The notes under the pieces were generated by a model. That model saw only the letters and a program-made list of their open reading frames with translations, had not been told where the DNA came from and made no database searches. A stretch of 56,667 nt of DNA from Gemmatimonadota bacterium (GTDB taxonomy: Bacteria > Gemmatimonadota > Gemmatimonadetes > Gemmatimonadales > GWC2-71-9), in contig JANPEL010000118.1 in NCBI GenBank assembly GCA_031431925.1, forward strand, positions 1 through 56,667, given 5' to 3'. Shown here in pieces: positions 19,666 through 31,098 of the stretch. The translations under genes were made by a program, and so were the position numbers. Every line of letters begins with the position of its first letter. Position 1 is the stretch's first letter.

Positions 19666-21544
19666 CCGGCCGGATCCGCTCTTCTTCGAGCTCCAGATCG
19701 CGGTCGCGGGGCGCTATTCCCTAGAGCACGAAATCGGCCGGGGCGGGATGGGGATCGTCTACTTGGCGCGGGACGTCACCCTGGATCGGCCGGTGGCCAT
19801 CAAACTTCTGCCGCCCGAACTCGGCGAGCTGCCTGGCGTGCGGGAACGGTTTCTCCGGGAGGCTCGAACCGCGGCTCGGCTGTCCCATCCTAACATCGTC
19901 CCGATCCACGCCGTCGAGGAAGCGGGCCGGTTGGTCTACTTCGTCATGGCCTACGTGCCCGGCGAGACGCTCGGCGCCCGGGTCCGACGGCAGGGTCCGC
20001 TTCCAGCCGGTGAGGCGGGCCGGATTCTCCGCGATGTGGCCTGGGCCTTGGCGCATGCGCACCAACAAGGCGTCGTCCACCGGGACATCAAGGCCGACAA
20101 TATTCTGCTCGAGGCGGGCCATCGCACCCTGGTGACGGATTTCGGCATCGCCCAGGTGGCAGGCGGAGCCGAGGACGAACCGCTCGCTGGAACGATCGCC
20201 TACATGAGCCCGGAGCAGGCCCGCGGCGAACCGGTCGACGGACGAAGCGATCTCTACGCGTTAGGCGTCGTCGGCTATCTCATGCTGTCGGGCAACTTGC
20301 TCCACCCCGTCGCAACGCTCGAGCAACTCCGCCAGCGGCACCTCGCCGGCCCGTTCGCCTCGCTCGGGACCGCTGCCCCCCACGCGCCTCGGGCCATTTG
20401 CCGGGCTATCGATCGCTGTCTTCAGCCCTTGCCCGAGAACCGGTTCCAGGCGGCCGACGAGTTCGCGGCCACCCTGGATCAACTCGCATCCAGTCCGAGC
20501 GAACTCCCTACGCCGCTTCGGACCTGGCTCATGGGAGAGGATCAAGCTCGGACTGGGCTCCTGATCTACACCGGGATACTCGCGCTGGTGGCGGCCGGCA
20601 TTGTCGCCTTTGCGATTCGGTCCGGCAATCTTGATGGTTTGATTGGGGTCGGTATGGGCTGTTCATTCGCTTGGTCTCTGTACGGAGCGGCCCGTTTCGT
20701 CCGAACCCGGAAGGTCCTGGCGGCAGGGTACTCGCAAAACGATTTGGTCTTGGCGCTGCGAAATCGCGCCGAGCGGCGCCGCGAGGAACTGGCGTTCGAG
20801 ATTGGACGGCCACCGAGCGGATTGGCGCGGTGGCTCCGGCGAGTCACCTGGACCGCCGCCGCGGGAACAGTGGGTATGTTCTTCGTCTCCGTCGCAACGG
20901 ACTGGGCGATGTCGGCGGGCCTCTGGCTCGGCCTCCTCGCGGCGATCGCGGTGGGCGGCGGCACCCTCGGCCTATTCCTGCCTGGCCGGGTGATGCCGGC
21001 TAAGGCCGGACCGAGCTGGGCTGAGCGATTGTGGGCTGGGCCGGTCGGACGGCTGCTCGTGCGCCTCGCCGGGTGGCGGCTCGGTCGCCGGTCGGCGCCG
21101 GAGCTCACGATGCACCGGCCGACCGAAATCGCGTTAGGCGAGGCCGCCAAAGCATTGTTTCAAGCGCTGCCGGCACCGTTTCGGAAAGATCTGGCCGGGT
21201 TGCCTGAACAGGCCGAGATCCTGTCCAGTAGGGCCCAGCAGCTCCGGCGCCACATTGAAGAGCTCGACGAATTGATTGCGCAGGCGGCACCGTCCACGAT
21301 GTTCGATGGTCATCGGCCGGCTGGAGACGGCGGGGCAGCCGAGCTGACTGCCACCCGAGAGGCCTTGGCTCGTCACCTTGCCGACACCGTCACTCTCCTC
21401 GAGTCCCTCCGGGTGGGGCTGTTGAAACTCCACGCCGGAACGGCCACGCCGGAGACCATTACGATTGACCTGACCGCCGCGCGCGATCTCGAATCCCGGT
21501 TGGCTTCGTTAGCGGCGGCCGGCGACGACCTTCGTGGTCCCTAG
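19655..21544 (+). CDS. Ser/Thr protein kinase with internal TM helices and helical C-terminus
   Basis: IGRGGMGIVY, VAIK, HRDIKADN, DFGIA, YMSPEQ, followed by two pairs of hydrophobic helices. Confidence 0.9.
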   Translation: MTADRPDPLFFELQIAVAGRYSLEHEIGRGGMGIVYLARDVTLDRPVAIKLLPPELGELPGVRERFLREARTAARLSHPNIVPIHAVEEAGRLVYFVMAYVPGETLGARVRRQGPLPAGEAGRILRDVAWALAHAHQQGVVHRDIKADNILLEAGHRTLVTDFGIAQVAGGAEDEPLAGTIAYMSPEQARGEPVDGRSDLYALGVVGYLMLSGNLLHPVATLEQLRQRHLAGPFASLGTAAPHAPRAICRAIDRCLQPLPENRFQAADEFAATLDQLASSPSELPTPLRTWLMGEDQARTGLLIYTGILALVAAGIVAFAIRSGNLDGLIGVGMGCSFAWSLYGAARFVRTRKVLAAGYSQNDLVLALRNRAERRREELAFEIGRPPSGLARWLRRVTWTAAAGTVGMFFVSVATDWAMSAGLWLGLLAAIAVGGGTLGLFLPGRVMPAKAGPSWAERLWAGPVGRLLVRLAGWRLGRRSAPELTMHRPTEIALGEAAKALFQALPAPFRKDLAGLPEQAEILSSRAQQLRRHIEELDELIAQAAPSTMFDGHRPAGDGGAAELTATREALARHLADTVTLLESLRVGLLKLHAGTATPETITIDLTAARDLESRLASLAAAGDDLRGP

Positions 21545-21605
21545 ACCCGAACTCCCGATTATGAGCTCCTGACAAACTCCAGCGTTCGGATCCGGAGGAG
21601 GCCGC

Positions 21606-22175
21606 TCATTTGATGGCGGTCACCCGGGCAACCAACTCCGCTTGGCGCTGGTGCATGGCCATCGGATGCGCAGACTGGAGCGTCGCGAGCCGCCAACCAT
21701 TCGCCCCGTTGCGCACCACGCCGTGCTGCACCCCGGGAAGGACCGTCACCATGCCGGTGGTGTCGGTCACTTGCTCGGTGTACTTCGCGGTGAAGGCCGC
21801 CAGGCCCGGGGCGAGCGGCGTGATCACCGTCGTGCCCCACACCAAACGCGTCGATTTTATCCAAGCCGGCACGGAGACCACCTCGTCCGGTGGAACCATC
21901 GAGTCGAGGGTCTGAATCAGCACGGGTTCGTCCGGCCCGAGGTCCGTCGACATCACGATGTCCTGTGAATAAAATGGGGCCACGGCCTCCCGGGCCTTTT
22001 TGCCGACCGGTGGAGCGCTGAGATCGGCGGCAAAGGCATCGAGAAAGGTCCGGACGCTGTCCCGGATCGCCGCGGCGTGAAGCGGCGCGAGGGGCGCCGG
22101 GACGTCCGACGACGACTGACCAGGGGCACACGCACCGACGAGGAACGGCAGGACGACCAAAGCGCGGATTGACAT
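21606..22175 (-). CDS. Hypothetical lipoprotein, probable NTF2/SnoaL-like fold
   Basis: Lipobox LVGAC. The pattern IRDSVRTFLDAF...ITPLAPGLA...GWRLATLQS resembles NTF2-like proteins. Confidence 0.55.
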   Translation of the reverse strand: MSIRALVVLPFLVGACAPGQSSSDVPAPLAPLHAAAIRDSVRTFLDAFAADLSAPPVGKKAREAVAPFYSQDIVMSTDLGPDEPVLIQTLDSMVPPDEVVSVPAWIKSTRLVWGTTVITPLAPGLAAFTAKYTEQVTDTTGMVTVLPGVQHGVVRNGANGWRLATLQSAHPMAMHQRQAELVARVTAIK

Positions 22176-22345
22176 TGAGTGGTGGAGGTTGAGGGTGGCG
22201 GCGAGGTCAATCTCGCTGCCGACAGAACTTACCGGGAGCGCGGGCATCCCGCCACACTCTAGCCCTGCGGCTTGACGAGGACGCAGTTTGGCCGATCTTA
22301 TCCGTTGCAGTGCCAATCGGTCCACCGACCCACTAGGAGTATCAC

Positions 22346-23035
22346 ATGAAGCAGTATGGCGCGGAGTTTCTCGGAACGTTCTGGCTGGTGCTCGGTGGGT
22401 GCGGGAGTGCCGTCCTCGCTGCCGCATTTCCGAATGTGGGCATTGGCCTGCTGGGCGTTTCGCTGGCGTTCGGCCTGACGGTTCTCACCATGGCATTCGC
22501 CATCGGCCACATCTCCGGATGCCACCTGAACCCGGCGGTCTCGGTCGGCCTCTGGGCAGGTGGTCGCTTCCCTGCCAACAAGCTCGCCCCCTACATCGTG
22601 GCGCAAGTACTCGGTGCGGTTGCCGCGGGCGGCGTGCTTTATGTCATTGCGAGCGGCGCGCCCGGATTCGATCTATCTGCGGGTTTTGCGTCGAACGGCT
22701 ACGGAGCGCATTCACCCGGCGGCTACTCGCTGATGGCGGCGCTGGTGACGGAGGTGGTCATGACCATGTTCTTTCTCGTGGTCATTCTTGGAGCGACCGA
22801 CAAACGGGCACCGGCGGGCTTCGCCCCGATCGCCATCGGCCTGGCGCTGACGCTGATCCATCTGATCAGTATTCCGGTGACCAACACGTCGGTGAACCCG
22901 GCCCGCAGCACCGGCGTCGCGCTGTTTGTCGGCGATTGGGCGGTGACCGAGCTGTGGCTGTTCTGGCTCGCGCCAATCGGGGGCGCCTTGCTCGGGGCCG
23001 CCGCCTATCGATTCATCGCCGGCGAGGAGCGCTGA
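22346..23035 (+). CDS. aqpZ: Aquaporin Z
   Basis: [46 protein letters not shown]. Confidence 0.97.
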   Translation: MKQYGAEFLGTFWLVLGGCGSAVLAAAFPNVGIGLLGVSLAFGLTVLTMAFAIGHISGCHLNPAVSVGLWAGGRFPANKLAPYIVAQVLGAVAAGGVLYVIASGAPGFDLSAGFASNGYGAHSPGGYSLMAALVTEVVMTMFFLVVILGATDKRAPAGFAPIAIGLALTLIHLISIPVTNTSVNPARSTGVALFVGDWAVTELWLFWLAPIGGALLGAAAYRFIAGEER

Positions 23036-23754
23036 GCACGACACCCAAGCCTCCCCTCGACCCGCTGCCCCGGGGTCAGCGGGAGACCGTGACTTTCTAT
23101 CGGTTCGGCCTGACGCCGTTTGCCGAGAGATTCCCCGAGGATACCAGGACGGGCTCCCTCGAGATCGTTGGCCGGGTTGGTCGTGAGGTCCGGCTCGAGG
23201 ACGCGCTGGGGGGACTGGCCCGGACCGAACAGGTCTCTGACTTTCATTGCGTCACCACCTGGAGTTATCGGGCGATTCAATGGGAAGGGGTGAAGTTCGC
23301 GGACTTTTTCGAGCAAGTCGTGGCGCCACGGGCCAAGCCTCACCCTGGTGCCACACTGGTTGGGCTCAAAGGGCAGGATGGTGCTCGAACCGGGATGCTG
23401 CTCGAGGATCTCCTCGCGCCGGGAGTACTGATCGCCGATCGAATGAATGGCGAGCGCTTGTCCGTGGACCACGGTGCCCCGCTCCGACTGGTCGCGCCAG
23501 CCCACTATGGCTACAAGTCGGTGAAACACCTGTGCCGCCTGGAGTTCAGAACACCGGTCGAAGGCTACCGGGCGTCGGGCTTCCTCTTCATGGACCACCC
23601 GAGGGCCCGCGTGGCATTCGAAGAGCGCGGCCGAATGCTGCCCGGCCGGTTGCTGCGGTACCTCTATCGGCCACTGATTGCAGGAACCGCTCGGCGTTTC
23701 GCCGAGGCCAGCGAGCGAAGGCGACGGGCTGGAGGTTCGTCGCATAACGCCTGA
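23032..23754 (+). CDS. Molybdopterin-dependent oxidoreductase (sulfite oxidase/MsrP-like Moco domain)
   Basis: [14 protein letters not shown] with the Moco Cys, [18 protein letters not shown]. There is no canonical start before LPRGQ, so CTG 23032 is proposed. Confidence 0.8.
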   Translation: MSTTPKPPLDPLPRGQRETVTFYRFGLTPFAERFPEDTRTGSLEIVGRVGREVRLEDALGGLARTEQVSDFHCVTTWSYRAIQWEGVKFADFFEQVVAPRAKPHPGATLVGLKGQDGARTGMLLEDLLAPGVLIADRMNGERLSVDHGAPLRLVAPAHYGYKSVKHLCRLEFRTPVEGYRASGFLFMDHPRARVAFEERGRMLPGRLLRYLYRPLIAGTARRFAEASERRRRAGGSSHNA

Positions 23755-23755
23755 A

Positions 23756-26095
<2,340 letters not shown>

Positions 26096-27187
26096 TCAGG
26101 ATTGGTTGGCCGCGCGGCGCCACCAGAGGTACGCCGGCAGACCGAGCGCCACGATGCCAACCCCGATCAAGGAGTCGACCGGGCTGGTCACCAGCGCGTT
26201 GACGACGAACAGCAGCGACGTCAGAACGAAGAGCCCCGGGACCCACGGGTACCCAGAGACCCGATACGGCCGCGATGCATCCGGGCGGTCGCGGCGGAGT
26301 CGGAAGAGCGCCACGCCGGTGGCGGTATGGAAGAGCCCATCCTCGGCCATCGGCAGATAGATCCGCGCCGCGGACAGGATCCCCGCCGACAGCGAGCCGA
26401 ACAGCGCCAGCAGCACCGCCAACGCCATCAGTTGTCCGCCCCTTGGACCGAGCAACGCGACCGCCGCGGATTCCCCGATCCGCGGACTGGCGGCGAGGTC
26501 GGCGAGCGGCAGGGCCCGAAGGTAGACGACGTTGATGATGGCGTAGAGGACCATGATCGCAAGCGCGCCCGCCGCGATACCCCGGGGAAGGTTCCGCGAC
26601 GGATCGCGGATCTCCCCAGCTGTGAACGTCGCCTGATACCAGCCGTCATAGGCGCCGAACACGCCGACCATCGCGATCCCGATCGCCGCGGCCAGGTTAC
26701 CGCTCGGGAGCGGAGCGGTCCAGTCGATCGCGACCCCGGCCGGGACGAGGAACCCCGCCGTGCAGAGCAACAGGACCGCGCCGATCTTGAGCACCGTGAA
26801 GGCATTCTGGACCCCGGCGCCCTCCTTGAGGCCGAGACAATTCACCACGGTGAGCAACGTGATGGCGGCGGCACCGACCAGCTGCACGGTGGTGAGCTGC
26901 CAAGTCCAGGACCCGATCTTCGCCGAACGCCACGGCGACGGCTGCGTTGGCCGCCGATTGGGCCACCCAGAACGACGCCCAGCCGAAGAGAAAACCGGAG
27001 AACGGACCGAAGGCTTCCTTGAGGTAGTGGTACTGTCCTCCGGCCCGGGGGAACATCGTTCCCAACTCGGCGTAGGTCAGGGCGCCGGCGAGGGTCAACA
27101 GTCCGCCCGCGATCCAGGCAGCGAGCGCCAGGGTCGGATGCGGCAACGCTCGCGGCACGAAGGCGGCGGCTCCGATGGCGAGCCCAT
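26096..27187 (-). pseudogene. APC family amino acid permease pseudogene with three internal deletions
   Basis: Homologous segments are spread over three frames: MGSPSEPP / AAFVPRALP..YAELGTMFPRAGGQY..AFGE / IGSWTWQ..YDGW..AEDGLF|HTATGVALFRLRR..RPYRV. The TM1 motif and TM9-10 appear to be missing. Confidence 0.8.
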
Positions 27188-27305
27188 TCGGTTTTTTCGG
27201 GTGAGTTGGTCGCGTGGCAGGGCCTCGCCGTTCCGTCGCGGGACACCCTGACCGTTTAAGTATGCGGCCCTCCATCCATGGAGGCCAGTGCGCCCGGTGC
27301 TCTGT

Positions 27306-27334
27306 TTGACAAGTCGCGGCCCCGCCCCAATGTT
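27306..27334 (+). promoter_or_regulatory. Putative sigma70 promoter of the GNAT gene
   Basis: Consensus TTGACA at 27306-27311 with a weak -10 (CAATGT/AATGTT) 16-17 bp downstream. GGAGG at 27346-27350. Confidence 0.4.
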
Positions 27335-27360
27335 GCTTGGCGAATGGAGGCCGCTCAACA

Positions 27361-27936
27361 ATGCCGCCTGTGAAATTGGGAGTCATGTGTCGTCGCGCAG
27401 GAGCCTCCGACGCGTCAGTACTTGCGGAACTCGCGGCGCGGACGTTCGCGGACAGTTTTGGCGTCGACAACCACCCAGAAGACCTCAAGGCCCACCTTCA
27501 GTCGTCTTATGGCACGGCCCAGCAATCCGCTGAACTAGCCGATCCCGAGGTCCGAACCGTGCTCGCGTACCGCGACGACCAGCTGGTCGGTTTCGCCCAA
27601 GTGCGCCGCAAGTCGTTTCCGGCGTGCGTGGTCGCCGCTGACCCGGTCGAACTCCATCGGTTCTACCTGGTCCGGTCCGCCCAGGGAACCGGAGCGGCGA
27701 TGCCGCTGATGCTCGAGGCCCGCGAAGTGGCCCGAGAACTCGGAGGGCGTCACTTGTGGCTCGGTGTCTGGGAGCGCAATCCGCGGGCGATTGCCTTCTA
27801 TTTCAAGACCGGGTTCCTGAAGGTCGGAAGTCACAATTTCCTGGTCGGGAGCGACAGACAGACCGACTGGGTGCTCGTCGCGCCGCTCTCGACGGAGGGC
27901 GGCGGTGGGGTGGAAACTATGGAGATGCAACGGTGA
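27361..27936 (+). CDS. GNAT N-acetyltransferase (PaiA-like)
   Basis: LVGFAQV, ELHRFYL..QGTGAA, LWLGVWERNPRAIAFY..GF..VGSHNFLVGSDRQTD. Confidence 0.9.
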   Translation: MPPVKLGVMCRRAGASDASVLAELAARTFADSFGVDNHPEDLKAHLQSSYGTAQQSAELADPEVRTVLAYRDDQLVGFAQVRRKSFPACVVAADPVELHRFYLVRSAQGTGAAMPLMLEAREVARELGGRHLWLGVWERNPRAIAFYFKTGFLKVGSHNFLVGSDRQTDWVLVAPLSTEGGGGVETMEMQR

Positions 27937-28745
27937 TGACGAGCCCAACGATTCTGGCCCCGAGCCTGCGTGAGCGAGTTCGTATGCTGATCGAGAGCGT
28001 GCGATTCGAACGAGCAATCGCGACGCTGATCATTGCGAATGCCATCACCCTCGGCATCGAAACCTCACCCGCAGTCGTCGCCCGCTTCGGCGACGTGCTG
28101 CAGATCTTCGACCAGACGGTGCTCGGTATTTTTGTGATCGAGTTGCTGGCGCGGTTCTTCGTCTACCGCGGTCGCTTTTTCCGGGACCCGTGGCGCGGGT
28201 TCGATTTCGTGGTCGTGGGGATCGCGCTGCTGCCCGCGGGGGCCGCGTTCACCGTGCTGCGCGCCCTGCGCGTGCTGCGGGTCCTGCGGTTGGTGTCGCT
28301 CGTGCCATCGATGCGGGGGGTCGTCGGCGCCCTGCTCACGGCATTGCCGGGGATGGCGTCAATCGTCGGCCTGTTGGGGCTCGTGCTCTACGTATCGGCG
28401 GTCATGGCGACAAAACTGTTCGGCGCGATCGCCCCGGAACTCTTCGGCCATCTCGGCGCCTCGCTGTTCACCCTGTTTCAAGTGATGACCGTGGAAGGCT
28501 GGCCTGACATTGCCCGCGGCGTCATGGCCCAGTCGCCGTATGCATGGATATTCTTCGTCGTTTACCTGCTCGTTGCGACGTTCATGGTGCTGAACCTGTT
28601 CATCGCGGTGGTCGTCAACGCGATGCAATCGCAAGTCACCGAAGACCTCAAGGGCGAGGGCGAGGCGCACACCCAGTTGATCCTCGATGAGGTCCGGGCG
28701 TTGCGACGGGAGGTCGAAGCCCTGCGCGAGATCTCAAAGTCGTGA
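27933..28745 (+). CDS. Voltage-gated cation channel (BacNav family)
   Basis: 6 TM helices, S4 LRALRVLRVLRLVS, filter FQVMTVEGWPD, LNLFIAVVV, C-terminal coiled coil. Confidence 0.92.
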   Translation: MMTSPTILAPSLRERVRMLIESVRFERAIATLIIANAITLGIETSPAVVARFGDVLQIFDQTVLGIFVIELLARFFVYRGRFFRDPWRGFDFVVVGIALLPAGAAFTVLRALRVLRVLRLVSLVPSMRGVVGALLTALPGMASIVGLLGLVLYVSAVMATKLFGAIAPELFGHLGASLFTLFQVMTVEGWPDIARGVMAQSPYAWIFFVVYLLVATFMVLNLFIAVVVNAMQSQVTEDLKGEGEAHTQLILDEVRALRREVEALREISKS

Positions 28746-28838
28746 CTCCGCCGGCAGCGGCGGGCCTTTGGTGATCGCCGGGTTCCCCGAAGCCGCCGAT
28801 CGGCGGTACTATCCAGGACACTTCGACTAGGCTCATCC

Positions 28839-31082
28839 ATGCGAATCGTTTGTTGCCTCGCGCTCCTCGGCACCGGGCTCCCAGCCGTCACCGCAGCCCA
28901 ATCCCTCGAAACGATGGCACCAAGCGTCCGCCAGTACGTCTCGGTCGACGCCCCGGTCGTGGCCCTGACCCACGTGCAACTGATCGATGGCACCGGGACG
29001 GCACCCCGCGCCGATCAGACCATCGTCCTCGAGCGGGGCAAGATCAGCTGGGTCGGGCCGGCCGCCGGTGCGAAGATCCCCGCCGGCGCCCGGGTCATGG
29101 ATCTCACCGGCCACACCGTGATCCCCGGTCTGGTCGGGCTCCACAATCACACCTTCTACTACACCCTCGCGCCCCGGGCCGTGCAGTCGAACTTCACGGC
29201 CCCCCGTCTCTACCTCGGTGCAGGTGTCACCACCATTCGGACCACCGGCAGTGCGTCGCCCTACGCGGAGATCAATCTCAAAGCCAACATCGAGCGCGGC
29301 GAGATCCCCGGCCCCCGGCTCTTCGTCACCGGTCCGTACCTGATCAGCCCCGGACCGGACATGCGTCTCGACCTCCTCGGCATGCACGAGTTGTCGGGCC
29401 CCGAGCAGGCCCGCAAGGTGGTGGACTACTGGGCCGAAGAAGGCGCTACCTGGCTCAAGGTCTACAATCAACTCCAGGTGGCGACCCTCGCAGCGATCAC
29501 CGACCAGGCCCATAAGCGCGGGCTCAAAGTGACCGGGCACCTCTGCTCCGTGGGTTTCCGGGACGCGATCGCCGCGGGGATTGACGCGCTCGAACACGGC
29601 CTGATGACCAACTCCGAGTACCTGCCCGGCAAGCAGCCCGACATCTGTCCGGCGGGCATCGGCGCTGCTTACGTGAAGCTCGACATCGCCAACGATCCAC
29701 GGATCAAGGCAACCTTCGCCGACATGGTCGCCCGGAAGGTGGCGATGACCTCGACCCTTGCCGTGTACGAATCAGGGACCGCCGGACGGCCGTGGGGGAA
29801 CGACCCCCGGCTCTGGGAAGCGCTCTCGCCCGACTCGAAGGCGGAGGAAGAGGCCCGCCATCGCGGCGTTGAGGCCGCCGGCCACACCGAGGTGGCGCAG
29901 CAGGCACTCAAGAAGTCCATGGAGTATGAGGTCGCGTTCTTCAGGGCCGGCGGCCTGCTTGCAGCCGGGGTCGATCCGGCGTGGAACGTGCCGGCCGGGA
30001 TTGGTGATCACCGGAACTACGAGTTGCTGGTCGAGGCGGGGCTCACGCCCGCCGAGGCGATCCAGGTCATGTCGCTCAACGGAGCCCGGGTCCTCGGGAT
30101 TGCCGACCGGTTGGGTTCGATCGTGATCGGTAAGACGGCCCTGTTCCTCCAGGGGCGGGTGCTCTTCAACCGGCGCGGCGCCCAGCAACTCCACCAAGCG
30201 ATCGCTCTTTTCAAGCAGGCCTCGACGCGGGACCCCAAGTACGCCCGGGCCCAAGCGTCGTTGGCCATGGCGCTCGCGATCCTGCCGGCATACGTGGAGG
30301 ACAGCACGCCGGAGGTCCTGGCCGCCGCCGTGGCCGCCGCCGAGCGGGCCATCGCAGTCGACTCCACCATCCCCGAATCGTATGCGGCTCTGGGATACGC
30401 CAATTCCCTGATCGGGAACCTTTCCATGGCCGAAGACAGCTTCCGCCGAGCGCTGGCGCTCGACTCGACCCTGGCCACCAGTTGGGGTTGGTACGGGCTG
30501 CTCGCCGGGCGGCGTGGCGACTATGCCGCGGCGCACGACCGGATTGCCAGGGCCATGGCGCTCGAACCCGCCTCGTTGATCGCACGAGTCTGGGAGGTCC
30601 AGGTCCTGGTACCCGAACGTCGCTTTGGAGAGGCGGACTCGGTCGCGGCGGCGGCGATCGCCATGGACTCCACGTTCATGCTGGCCTGGACTTGGCGCGC
30701 GAACGCGCTCCTCGGCCTCGGCAAAGCCGCGGAGGCGGTAACGCTGCTCGAACAACGGCTGGCCCGGAACCCCAACGAGCGATCCTCGGATCAAGGGCTC
30801 CTCGCTTACGCGTATGCGATTGCGGGCCGGACTCAGGACGCCCGGGCAACCCTCGACACGATGCGGGCCGCTTCCGGTGGCCGGCTACCCCCCTCGGGCG
30901 CCACGGCCGCGGCGCTCGAGGAACTCGGCCAGCATGAGGCCGCTGTGACGATGCTCGCCGCCGCCGCGGCCCGGCACGATCCCTGGTTGGTGCAGTTCCC
31001 GCAGATTTCCCGCTACGATCAACTCCGGAAGGATCCCCGGGCGGAAACCCTACTCGCGAAGCTGGGCGGGATCTCGCACTAG
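28839..31082 (+). CDS. Chimeric ORF: secreted amidohydrolase (to ~30140) fused in frame to an orphan TPR module
   Basis: IPGLVGLHNH, GVTTIR, LEHG, GSIVIGKTA. It lacks the terminal DLVVV strand and switches to ALFLQGR..TPRs..YDQLRKDPRA, typical of kinase-TPR tails. Confidence 0.75.
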   Translation: MRIVCCLALLGTGLPAVTAAQSLETMAPSVRQYVSVDAPVVALTHVQLIDGTGTAPRADQTIVLERGKISWVGPAAGAKIPAGARVMDLTGHTVIPGLVGLHNHTFYYTLAPRAVQSNFTAPRLYLGAGVTTIRTTGSASPYAEINLKANIERGEIPGPRLFVTGPYLISPGPDMRLDLLGMHELSGPEQARKVVDYWAEEGATWLKVYNQLQVATLAAITDQAHKRGLKVTGHLCSVGFRDAIAAGIDALEHGLMTNSEYLPGKQPDICPAGIGAAYVKLDIANDPRIKATFADMVARKVAMTSTLAVYESGTAGRPWGNDPRLWEALSPDSKAEEEARHRGVEAAGHTEVAQQALKKSMEYEVAFFRAGGLLAAGVDPAWNVPAGIGDHRNYELLVEAGLTPAEAIQVMSLNGARVLGIADRLGSIVIGKTALFLQGRVLFNRRGAQQLHQAIALFKQASTRDPKYARAQASLAMALAILPAYVEDSTPEVLAAAVAAAERAIAVDSTIPESYAALGYANSLIGNLSMAEDSFRRALALDSTLATSWGWYGLLAGRRGDYAAAHDRIARAMALEPASLIARVWEVQVLVPERRFGEADSVAAAAIAMDSTFMLAWTWRANALLGLGKAAEAVTLLEQRLARNPNERSSDQGLLAYAYAIAGRTQDARATLDTMRAASGGRLPPSGATAAALEELGQHEAAVTMLAAAAARHDPWLVQFPQISRYDQLRKDPRAETLLAKLGGISH

Positions 31083-31098
31083 CCAGCGTTCCCGTTCG

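Noticed and set aside
21559-21580. Possible IS terminal repeat remnant TTATGAGCTCCTGACAAACTC
   Set aside because: No partner repeat, target duplication or transposase was found.
26096-27187. Programmed frameshifting in the split permease
   Set aside because: Conserved segments are missing rather than shifted, and no slippery sequence is seen.
28793-28806. Palindrome CCGCCGATCGGCGG upstream of the amidohydrolase
   Set aside because: Almost pure GC and a single copy, so it cannot be distinguished from chance.
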